DNA of 61,442 nt, filler included. It is 11 parts of 11 records of this genome, joined end to end, with 100 filler letters (N's around TTAATTAATTAA, not from the genome) between each part and the next. Parts side by side here need not be neighbours in the genome. Positions count along the whole stretch, not along the records: positions 1 to 4,249 come from SRR7504441_16060; positions 4,350 to 8,992 come from SRR7504441_16062; positions 9,093 to 13,765 come from SRR7504441_16064; 8 more parts are not named here. One strand, 5' to 3'. Shown piece by piece: positions 1 through 9,416 of the stretch. The notes beneath the pieces are model-generated. The model made no database searches. It was not told where the DNA came from and saw only the letters and a list, made by a program, of their open reading frames with translations. Numbering within the stretch: the stretch's first letter is position 1; every line of letters begins with the position of its first letter. Position numbers and translations under genes: made by a program.

Positions 1-183
1 GCAGTGGATGAGTCCGCCAGCTGAGTCCTCCGGGAAGGTCCATCTGGACGCTGGTCTAGTAGCTGTCGTGGCACAGCTGGCGCACATGGCTGTCTAAATC
101 GTGCTAATGCTACGTATAACAAATACACAACATTTAGTTGTATTGATAGACAGGCACGACAGGTACGATTCTAATTCTATAGC

Positions 184-1537
184 TCAAACGCCCATGAGCA
201 ACCGGAGCCACGGCCCTTGCCGCAGGAACCGCACAATTTCCATCCCAGCAGAGCCATCCAGCTCCGGCCACCGTGGCTCCCACAACATCGCCTTCCAGTC
301 CAGCCGCCAATCCGGCCACTCCAACACTGTGCTCCATCGCCCCCAGTCCGGCAGCCCGATCGCCGGCCAGGCCCAGCCACGCCAGCCGAGCCCTCTCGGG
401 CTCGTCCTTCCTCGGCCTCCGAAGGGCTCCGGCTCGCTGTGTGCGGCCTCGGCCTGTACAAGATCCCGGGTCCGCTCGCCCCCAAAGCACTGCATCCGGC
501 AGGTGGCCTGATCGGCCCTGTTCCTGCACTGCGGCATGCAGTCGCCATTCCGGCGATTCCCGAGCACCGCACAAGTCCCAACTCCGTTTGTCATGGACTG
601 CAGCCAAGCCAGCTGCCCGGGGCTCACGCTGAGCCGCCCGTTGTACAGTATCTCCACTGAGCACGGCCCCGGGTCCACTCGCCAGAGCGCCGTGGTCTTG
701 TACCACCACGGCCGGGCGATCCGCTCCTGCGGCGCCAGCACGCATTGTCTATTCAGCGCGCGCAGCCGGCGCAGCCCATCCAGGTCCGGCAGGGACGGGT
801 TGGCCACAACCCCGAGCGTCCCAGTGTTGGCCCACATTGGCTGCACCCATCGGGCCGCATTCAGCACGACAGAATCCTCGCCGAGCGCTCTATCGTCCAA
901 CGCCATCAACTCGCGGCTAGTGGACCGCCGGTCGCCCCCAATCTGCTCCAGCATCCCCAGACCGTCGGCGCTCACCAGCGACGGGTTGTTTTCTATCGAG
1001 AGCGAGCCGCCGACCGTCACGAGGCCATCCAGCCCGTCCAGCCTGCGGAGCTTAGGGTTGCTCCATATGATCAGCGACCCCCTCACCTGCCGGGTGTTTA
1101 GGCCAGGCCAGGGCCGGGCCGGGCACCTCACGCAGGTTGTCGAGGCCGTTGAGATCGCGCAGCCATGAGAGGCAGGAGATCACCAGGTCGCCCGTCACGA
1201 CCTCCACCGAGCTCAGCCAGCGCAGGTCCTTAACAAACTGATTGCCGTAGGTCAGACAGCTGGTGTCCCCCACCACCAGGGTCCCAACCAGCCGGGTGCA
1301 TCCGCGGAAGCCGTCAATCCGCCGGTAGCCAAGCCACCCGGCCAGTCCGTCCTCGTAGGTACTCTGCACTCGCTCGAAGCGTGCCCGGGCTGAAGCGCCG
1401 GGGATCCGTTGGGGCGACATCACGCAGTCGGTGCACACCGCCCCACGCGGCCAGCCCACCGCCCCCAGCACCGCCAGCCGGGCCAGCAGCCCCGCGGTTC
1501 CCAGCCTGGTGGCTCCCATTGCGTAACGGAATTTCAT
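184..1537 (-). CDS. Secreted/surface receptor L-domain (LRR beta-helix) protein, 2 exons
   Basis: Hydrophobic N-terminus; L-domain pattern CTRLVGTLVV...LSSVEVVTGDLVI...LNGLDNLRE|VRGSLIIWSNPKL...LDGLVTVGGSLSIENNPSL. A 40-nt GT-AG intron (1087-1126) joins ORFs 1052..1537 and 184..1131 in frame. Start may be 1519. Confidence 0.7.
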
Positions 1538-1557
1538 CGGGCTTCCTGGAAGGGTGA

Positions 1558-2411
1558 ATGCGCCTGCTGGCGGGCACGTTGCTCTGCTGGGCCTGCAACA
1601 GCGCCTGGGGCTCGGAGCGGGGCGCCGACCCCGCCGACCTGCGCTACCGCCTGCCGACCGGGTTCGAGTGCGGCGGTCAGCGGCTCCCTCCGAGCCGGGT
1701 GAACGACGACTACTGCGACTGCGCTGACGGCAGCGACGAGCCAGGCACCAGCGCCTGCGCCGATGGGGTGTTTTGGTGCCGGAACCTGGGACACAAGCTC
1801 CGCCGGCTGCCGTCCAGCATGGTGGCTGACGGGCTGTGTGACTGCTGCGACGGGACCGACGAGCGCTCCGGGCTGTGTCCTGAGCGTTGCTGGGAGGCCG
1901 GGTTGGCCGACCGACAGGCAGAGGAGCCGTGCATGTGTGAGTATCTCTTCCGTATGGGCACCCCGGGCGCCTGCAACCGTGCGCTGGGCGAGGAGCAACT
2001 CAAGCGGGTTGCGCGGCGTTTGATTGCGCGCTGATGGTTGGACAGCTTGAAGAAGAAGAGCAGCGATTGTCTGTCCAAAAGCAGGAAACGCTGTGCAAGG
2101 CACTGTAGCAGTAGCTGCGGGGAGTCAGCGGTGGTGTGCACAGGGGTATGATAGGAGCCAGCCGGCCAGTGTGGACGCGCCCAACGCCAAGCCGCCCGGC
2201 AAGGTGCCGGCTGCCGCTGGGGGGGCGGGCTGAGAGGGCTTGAAAGGGCTCGGCCGAGGCGGATGGCTGCAAGCGAGCCGGGACGGTTGGGCGGCGGCGG
2301 TGCAGCCCGTGGCGACCGCCACAGGTCCCAAACCCGAAATACCAGCCAATCTGTGTGGAAGATGCCGTCGCGGCTAATGCTAATCATAAGAAGCGGCACA
2401 AGGAGCTTTGA
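1558..2411 (+). CDS. ER-type protein: glucosidase II beta (PRKCSH-like) N-terminal Cys-rich domain + calnexin/calreticulin P-domain-like motifs + C-terminal HKEL
   Basis: Signal peptide; VNDDYCDCADGSDEPGTSAC...DGLCDCCDGTDE. Introns 2008-2045 (GT-AG), 2100-2143 (GC-AG) and 2204-2246 (GT-AG) extend the frame to ...WRPPQVPNPKY...KRHKEL* (TGA 2409-2411). Confidence 0.7.
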
Positions 2412-2503
2412 GAATGCAAACATAAGTAAATTAAATAGAGTAACGGGGGTCTATCCACCGGCCTATGGAGAATCGCTGGAGACCACTGTGCCATCAACCG
2501 CGG

Positions 2504-3034
2504 CTAGTCGCTTCCTATCATCAGCGGGGCCGACTTGGATAGCAGATGCCCGTACCTGCCGCAAGGCTCACGGCCGCCCACACATCCCCGGGCGCCTCCG
2601 CTCGTTGGCAGACCAGATCAAATCTGCAAAGGGGCCGGTGGTGCAGCTGGCCAGCATCTCGTACCCGTTGATCACGCACAGCGTGCTCCCGGCCCGGATA
2701 TTGTACTCGTTGAGCGTTTTCTTCCGGTCCAGGTACTGCATGCTGCTCGCCTCAGCCAGATAGCTTATGGTGCGCATGCAGCTCAAGTCCTCTAGCAGCA
2801 GCTGGCACACCACATCCTCGATCGTGTCGCTCAGGTTGACCATCAGTCGGATTCCTCCCGATCGATCGCTCGGCGCGCGCTTCACCTCGATGGGGTATGC
2901 CGAAACCTTGCGCCGCCCGGCAGCGACCTCCGCCCGATCCAGCACCCCTGGTGCCACCGGTGGCCGGGCACACCGGCAGCGGCCGCACCGTCGCCGTTCA
3001 GATCGAACGTCGCGCCCAGTCGCGCCCGCGCCAT
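2504..3034 (-). CDS. Small protein with one EF-hand and a ubiquitin-like domain
   Basis: Intron 2948-2988 reconstitutes EF loop DLNGDGVLDRAE; Ubl pattern VNLSDTIEDV...LDRKKTLNEYNIRAGSTL; GC-AG intron 2556-2595 gives the last exon. An upstream exon is possible. Confidence 0.6.
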
Positions 3035-3131
3035 CTGCCCCGGCCCCCCTCAGCAGCGCACCCAGCGAGCACTGAGCACCGCCCTTGTCAAACTCGAGAG
3101 TCCGTTACTGTAATGCCGTTGTAGACCCTAA

Positions 3132-4022
3132 ATGCGGGAAAGAGCCATGCAGTCGGACGCCCGCCGGCTGAGCATCCTCTCGAGCCTGGGGTCGGAGCCG
3201 GCGACCGAGGAGGAGGCCGAGAAGGCCGAGCTGCGCGAGGTGTTTGGGCTGTTCGACACGGACAACTCCGGGGCGATAGACACTGAGGAGCTCCGGGGGG
3301 CCCTGCTCAAACTAGGGGCGAGCAGCGAGCAGCAGGTGGACGACCTGGTGGAGCAGGCCACCGAGGCCGGGCTGGAGGAGATACAGTTCGACCAGTTCGT
3401 AGCGCTGATGCACCGCGGTGGCTTCCTCGGGGGGGCGAGCAAGCCCAGGAGGCGGATCCAGGGGCCCAACTTTGGGCGGCTCGAGACCTACACTGCCAGG
3501 CTGCAGGCCGAGGCTGGAGTGAAGCGCAGAGGGCACACCCGGCGTCCGTTTGTGGCGCCAATGGGCGGGAGGCTCGGCACCTCAGGGTACAAACAGGTAG
3601 AGAAGGCGCTAATGCTCAACGGGAGCCGGCCGCGAGGGGGCCTCCCGGCAGTGCACGTGGGCAATCCGGGGTACCTGCAGGGACTGCGGCAGCAGATAGA
3701 CGCCGAGCTGCGGGCCAAGCAGATCTTGAAGGCCAATCCGGTCCGGCAGTCGGAAGATACTGTGAGTAAGCTGTTTGTGAGACAGCTAGATAGATGCCGC
3801 GCTGGCACGACGATGCGACCTGGCACGGCACCTCCTGAGTTGAACAAGCTGGCCACCGGGCGCAGGCAGCGACTACGCGAGGCACAAAAGCCTGGCAGCC
3901 CAGCGGAGCGGCTGCTTGGAGTCGGTAAGAACCGACTGCAGCACTCAAAGCAGATTGAGAGGGCCAGGTCCCACCGACAACCGACGGAAAGTCGCCTACG
4001 AAACCACCTCAAAAGCAAATAG
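3132..4022 (+). CDS. Calmodulin/centrin-like EF-hand protein with basic C-terminal extension
   Basis: ELREVFGLFDTDNSGAIDTEELRGAL plus a degenerate second hand (EIQFDQFVALM); 296-aa ORF. Confidence 0.7.
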   Translation: MRERAMQSDARRLSILSSLGSEPATEEEAEKAELREVFGLFDTDNSGAIDTEELRGALLKLGASSEQQVDDLVEQATEAGLEEIQFDQFVALMHRGGFLGGASKPRRRIQGPNFGRLETYTARLQAEAGVKRRGHTRRPFVAPMGGRLGTSGYKQVEKALMLNGSRPRGGLPAVHVGNPGYLQGLRQQIDAELRAKQILKANPVRQSEDTVSKLFVRQLDRCRAGTTMRPGTAPPELNKLATGRRQRLREAQKPGSPAERLLGVGKNRLQHSKQIERARSHRQPTESRLRNHLKSK

Positions 4023-4249
4023 AAGACACCATCAAACGAATGATCAAGAATTGTCCGCACGATAAGTTGGTGAGCAAGCTGTCCAAATGATTACATGCTC
4101 GAATAATTGTACTCGAATACAGTGTTCATTCGTAATCATGTATGCCGCATGAGCGTTGTGTAGTCGTCGCCTAGTCGTCGCCTACTTAATTAATTCCACG
4201 AGGTCCACTCGACAAATCTACACCGGTCTAGACCGGTCCATTGCTCACC

Positions 4250-4349
4250 NNNNNNNNNNNNNNNNNNNNNNNNNNNNNNNNNNNNNNNNNNNNTTAATTA
4301 ATTAANNNNNNNNNNNNNNNNNNNNNNNNNNNNNNNNNNNNNNNNNNNN
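4250..4349. other. Artificial contig spacer
   Basis: 44 N + TTAATTAATTAA + 44 N. Confidence 0.97.
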
Positions 4350-4735
4350 CGCACCGTGCCCCCCTCCCCGGTTCGTTCCTCGGCCGAGCACCAGACGTGA
4401 CTGCTGTTGGCCCCGACTGCCACAGACAGCTGGACCAGCCCCCTATCAGCGGGGGTGACCGGCACCAGCAGCCCCAGCGCCGCCCGATTGGCCGAAGCGC
4501 TCGGCCTTAGGCCCAGGAGCAGCCTGATCTGGATGCTGGGCTGCTGGTGCCGGCCGGTGCTCAGGAGCGCGCTGGCCTGGGCGGGCAGCTTGGAACCCCG
4601 GGGGATGATCGTGTGCGCGGTGCCGTCTGCCAGGTGCAGCGACAGCTCCAGCACGGTCCGGTCGTCCGGCCCGCCGGTTGGGATCAGGCCGGACGCCGCG
4701 GCCAGCCAGGTGCACAACGAGACAAGCCGGCGCAT
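4350..4735 (-). CDS. Signal peptide + Hsp70 substrate-binding beta-domain-like protein (3' truncated)
   Basis: MRRLVSLCTWLAAASG, then LSLHLADG..TIIPRGSKLPAQASALLSTGRHQQPSIQIRLLLGLRP..PADRGLVQLSV, parallel to Hsp70 LSLGIETAGG..IPRNTTIP..FSTAADNQP..PAPRGVPQIEV. Confidence 0.6.
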
Positions 4736-4811
4736 CAGCGCACTAGAGCCTGAGAGAAAGTGGCCCCCGCTGCAGCAGCGTGCAGCGGCTGGGTGGTGTC
4801 CTCGGTGGCTG

Positions 4812-7800
4812 ATGGGGGCTGGGGCGGCGGTGCCGGCGATACCGCTGCCCTCGGAGATCGGGTGCGACGTGTGCGACGCCTGGCTCCCGGTCGGCCTCGC
4901 GGGGCTCTCCCCGATCGAGGCACTGCGCGCGCCGTGGTTCGAGTGCGCCGACTGCAAGGCCGAGCCGCCAGTGCAGCTGCACAAGCCGCTGGCCATCCCG
5001 TACGCCGTGCGGCGGTCGCTCGGGCCGGGTGGGCTGCCGGTTTGCTTGCTGCACGTGCCGGCCGAGCGGCGGCCGTATGGGCTGGATCCGCAGGGGGAAC
5101 TCCTGCTGGTGGAGACCCGGCCAGTGAACCACAAGCACGTCCGGCCCGGCCAGCGGCTGCTGTGGCTGGACCAGCCGCCCAGTGGTCTGCTGACACTCGA
5201 GCAGGCCGAGCGGTCCAGCACCAACGAGCTCTTCTGGACTGCGAGAGAAAAGCCGGCTAAGGCGGAAGCCGCGCCCGACCCGGACGGCAAGGCTGGCAAG
5301 CGCTGCTGGAGCGTCTGGCTGAACAGTGGGCACAGCGTGACCGTGGACGACTGGCCGGGCCTCGCTTTCTGGCTGGGCCGGCCTGGTCAGTCGCTCACTG
5401 TGCTGTCAGACTCGGGCGCCTTCCCTTGTCTCTACCCGGTGCTCTCCCGTCTCCTCCAGCTTAACCCGAGCGCCAGTGAGCTGTTCGACCGGCTGAGACC
5501 CGGCCGGGCGCTCAAGCTGTGCGGGGCCCGGCTGCGCGAGTCGGCTCCGGCGGGTTGGAGTCCGCCGCAGCACCTTAAGTTCCCAGCTGGGTTCCGACGA
5601 CTGGTTAAGCAACTGCTGCTCTGCCGGGCCAGACTCCAGAGGCAGCCGACCGAACAGGCCGGGCTGGGCGCGCTCCCGATCAACGTGCTCTTCTTGATCG
5701 TGCAGGCGGCGGCGGTTGATCTGGAGCGCTGTCTGCTCCCTGCAGTGAGCATACCTAAGCGCTCGACCATCCAACGGCTAGAGCTTAGCATACAGCTCAA
5801 CCCACGGTCAGCCCGGCCGCGTTAGTGCCGTCTGAGTCGCTGGTAGGGGCACGCGCGCACAGGCCACGGGGCTGCGGCAGCTGATAGACACTGAAACGGG
5901 GCTGGATGGCGATGCTGTGGCGGTGGAGCTAGCTGACCCAGGCTGGGCTGTGAGGGCTGGCCCTGCTGGCTGGCTGATGGCCCGGGCAGGGGCTCGTGGA
6001 CGCTCTGGCCTCCGGCCGGCTGCCTGTGACCGCGGCGCTGCGGGCTGCTAACCGTGGCAGCAGCGGCGCGGTGCTTAATGTGCCTGGGCTGGCCACACGA
6101 CTATTTAGCTACCAGGTGTGTATGACCCCATCTAGTAATGCCGACGAGACGCAGGTTGGGGCACTCGACTGGTGCCGCGAGGTCGAGGATCGGGCCCAGC
6201 GACCGGACCACCGTCCCCCGGCTATTCGATACCTCTCAGCCGATGGCCGAACGCTGGGCGAAGAAGCTCTGCACGCCGCTCTCTCTACCAGTGGCCAGCA
6301 GCTGCGGCCATCCGGTGGGCTCATGTGCGACCAGATGGGCCTGGGCAAGACCGTCCAACTGTTGGCACTGGTGCCGACCGGCTCGACCTCCCGCTCAGCC
6401 GGCTAACAGGTGATGAGCAGGGCTTCACCAGCAGGACGGTGCGAGCGCGACAATGCGGATAAATTCGAAGCCGTCCCGTTCATCTCACCTGTGGCCGCTG
6501 AGCAAAGCCAGCCCGAGTCTATCGGTGGCCAACCGCACGCCTGGGCCATAAGTTGGGCGCAGGGCTTGGACCGCGACGGCTGCGGAGTAAGACTGACGAG
6601 CCAGAGCCTTCGCTGGAGCAGGCAGTGCCGTCATCGACTGAGCTGACTGTAATCAAAGCCACGCTGGTGGTGGTACCTGCCACCCTACTGTCGCAGTGGC
6701 AAGCGGAGGCGGCAAAGCATGCACCTGGGCTCAGCGTGCTGGTGTACGGAAAAGCTGCCAGTGTAACGCCAAGGCAGCTGTGCGAGGCTGACCTTGTGCT
6801 CACTACCTACGAGCAATGCCGCTTCGACTTGGCTCAACACGGCGCATTGGGCGGCAAGGCAACGCTGCACGTATGGCCTGCGAGGCTCACCCCCTGGCTA
6901 ATCGCAGGTGCTATCGCCTCTGTTGATGGTTGAATGGTGGCGGATTGCACTGGACGAAGCTCAGCTAGTCAAATCTGGCGCTTCAAAGGCCGCTCGGATG
7001 TGTTCGAGCCTAGCTCGGGTGCACTCGTGGTGTCTCACAGGTCGGATATCCGCCGTAAAGGCATCATCAAGTTGGCAGGCACTCCGATGAGTCAGCATGT
7101 AGTTGAACTTGCCGGGCTGCTCCACTTCATCCACGCTCCTGTCTCTATCCCCAAGCTTCGCCATCTCAAATCGCTGTGCGAATCGAGCCACAAGGCGCGC
7201 AGCCCGAGGATAAATTCTTTGATTGGGTGGCAGGCCGACCGAGTAGCTGGCTTCTCGGCCACCTTGGGTCTTCTGAGATACACGATGTGGCGCCACGAAG
7301 TGGCCGATGTACAGCAGGAGATAGTGCTATCAGCCTGCTGCCTGGAGCACGTTTGGCTGCGTTTACCACCCAAGGCGCCTTGACGACCCCCTAAACTCTC
7401 ACACTGCCATGTACTTGCAGGAGGCGTCGCTTTATGCCGTACGCCGTTCCGCCGCCTGCCGCCAAGTGCGCCACGCTGCCCGCAAGGGTCAGCGGCTGTG
7501 TGCCTCTGCACTCCACAACCACGTTCTTGCTCTGCGGCAGGCCTGCTGCCACCCACAGGTCCCCGTGTCAGCGCAGCTGCCATCTCATTCGATTACAGGT
7601 GGTCCATGGTGCAGGACTGCGAGGTCCGCCTATCTGCATGCAAGAAGCATGGGCAAAGGCGGTGTCCGCTGCGACAAGCGCGATGATGTCGGCAGCAGGT
7701 TCACCTCGCTTTTGCGGCTTGATGCCGTGTCAGGAGCGCTTTGCCGGTTGCAGCTTCGAGTGGGGATGGCCCAACTTGCGTCAGGAGAAGCATTGATTGG

Positions 7801-8977
7801 CAGCGGGCTGTGGGGCTCAGCGATTGAGTTGGCACATCGCTTGGTTGCGCAGTACGGCGATCAACTGGTGGCTGGCGCAGTCAATCGCCGGGCAATCGAA
7901 CAGCTTGAGGCGGCTGAGCTGTGTGGCCTGCTGTTATACGGTGGGGCCTGGCCAGGGGAAACAGTGACAGCAGGTTCCAGCAAAACACAGCAAACCCCGG
8001 GCGTCGGACAGAGGCTGGTGGACTGTGTTACAGGCGAGAGAGGCACGGCTGGCTGAGCTCCAGTCTAAAGACGATGGGCTAGCGGGTGGACACGCCTGTG
8101 TCCGGTGACTCATTAGTGGCGGCAGGCGAGCTTATGGACAAGTGTGAAGTTGCGCCACATCCATCGAACAATCTCACCGCCGCAATGGACCGCGCAGCCT
8201 CGCAGTTCGAGCACAGCGAGGTCGATCTGCGAACTTTGCAGCAGGGCGTCTCAGACGGCGGTGCGTGCCGAGACGAGGCTGTGTCACAGGGTGGGTAGGA
8301 TCTCATCAGTCCTGGGGCATCAAAATCGACACTCTGATTGCCAGGCTCAAAGCATCTGACGCTGAGGTTAAGAGTGTGGTAGCTTGCTGCTGATACAAAG
8401 CAGCCGACCGCAGTGGTTCAGGTGTTCTCGGGCTGGAACAGCATGCTGGACGTCACATCGAAAGCGTTGGATTTGGCTGGCATTGCGCACGCTGTGCTGC
8501 AGGGGTGAGCTGCGAAGCACCGTTACTGCATACTAATCCTTGGATTCAGCCGAGGCTGCGACACTGCAGTAGGTCGTTTTGCTTCTGACCCTGAGTGCAA
8601 GGTAGCTCTTCTTTTCCTTGAGCGGTGTTCATGTGCCAACCAGGTGTTGCTGGTGCCGCTGCGGACAGCACACGGCGCAGCTGGCCTGACACTTACCATG
8701 GCCCGCGTGGCCTACATAATGGAGCCATCGTTGGACCCCGCGATAGAACAGCAAGCGATGGCGCGCTTGCATCGATTAGGCCAGCTTCATCAGGTCTGAA
8801 CCCATTGGATATTCGTGGCATTCATTGCATTTGCTACAGGTCGATGTAGTAAAGCTACTTTGTTCCGACACCATCGAAGGTCCGATCCATACCCAAGCGG
8901 CCCCAGGCAGCGAAGCCACTGGTATGGACCCATTGAGGTTGCTCGATGTGGACACGTCCGGCATTGATCTAGTTTGA
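4812..8977 (+). CDS. SHPRH/Rad5-like SNF2 helicase with N-terminal Cys-rich extension; many short introns
   Basis: Motifs GGLMCDQMGLGKT, TLVVVPATLLSQW, WWRIALDEAQ, WCLTGTP, LRQACCHPQV, VFSGW, GAAGLTL, EQQAMARLHRLGQ. Two 40-nt introns (5807-5846, 5950-5989) join ORF 4407..5825 in frame to the helicase; stop TGA 8975-8977. Confidence 0.8.
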
Positions 8978-8992
8978 TTCATCGAAATAAAT

Positions 8993-9092
8993 NNNNNNNN
9001 NNNNNNNNNNNNNNNNNNNNNNNNNNNNNNNNNNNNTTAATTAATTAANNNNNNNNNNNNNNNNNNNNNNNNNNNNNNNNNNNNNNNNNNNN
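8993..9092. other. Artificial contig spacer
   Basis: 44 N + TTAATTAATTAA + 44 N. Confidence 0.97.
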
Positions 9093-9416
9093 GGGGTCGA
9101 AATTGAAATCTGAATCACTGATAGTTACGAACGAGCCGTTCTGGGTGCCGAAGACGCCGAAGACCGCCAGCTTCCGCGACGCCCAGGCGGCCGTCCGACC
9201 CGGTGGCCAGACACCTGGGGACAGTTCCAGGTTGCCCGTCAAGCCGCCCCGATACCGCCCCGACGGTCTGCCGCCGCCCAGCAAGCCGCGCAGACCGACC
9301 AGCGGCCGCCTGCCCATCGTGAAATGACAGAAGCTTTCAACGGTCTGGGGGACGGGATCCCGGAGGTTTGTAAGGCATCCGACGAGCACTCGGCCAGCTG
9401 AGGGCACAGTCGGGCC

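Noticed and set aside
2556-2583. Ultra-short 28-nt GT-AG intron
   Set aside because: An in-frame AG|GC donor 12 nt upstream gives a 40-nt intron that fits the genome norm.
4294-4305. TTAATTAATTAA palindrome repeated ten times between N runs
   Set aside because: Identical 100-nt construct each time, with stop codons on both strands: an artificial linker, not a biological repeat.
5996-8977. Stop-codon reassignment, frameshifting or pseudogenisation as the cause of fragmented conserved genes
   Set aside because: Every break I checked in the helicase, CDC5, RLPH and aminotransferase is removed by a short GT/GC-AG intron; TAA, TAG and TGA all serve as real stops.
9093-9327. Open frame at the start of the contig
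   Set aside because: May be the 3' end of a gene, but has no recognisable motif.
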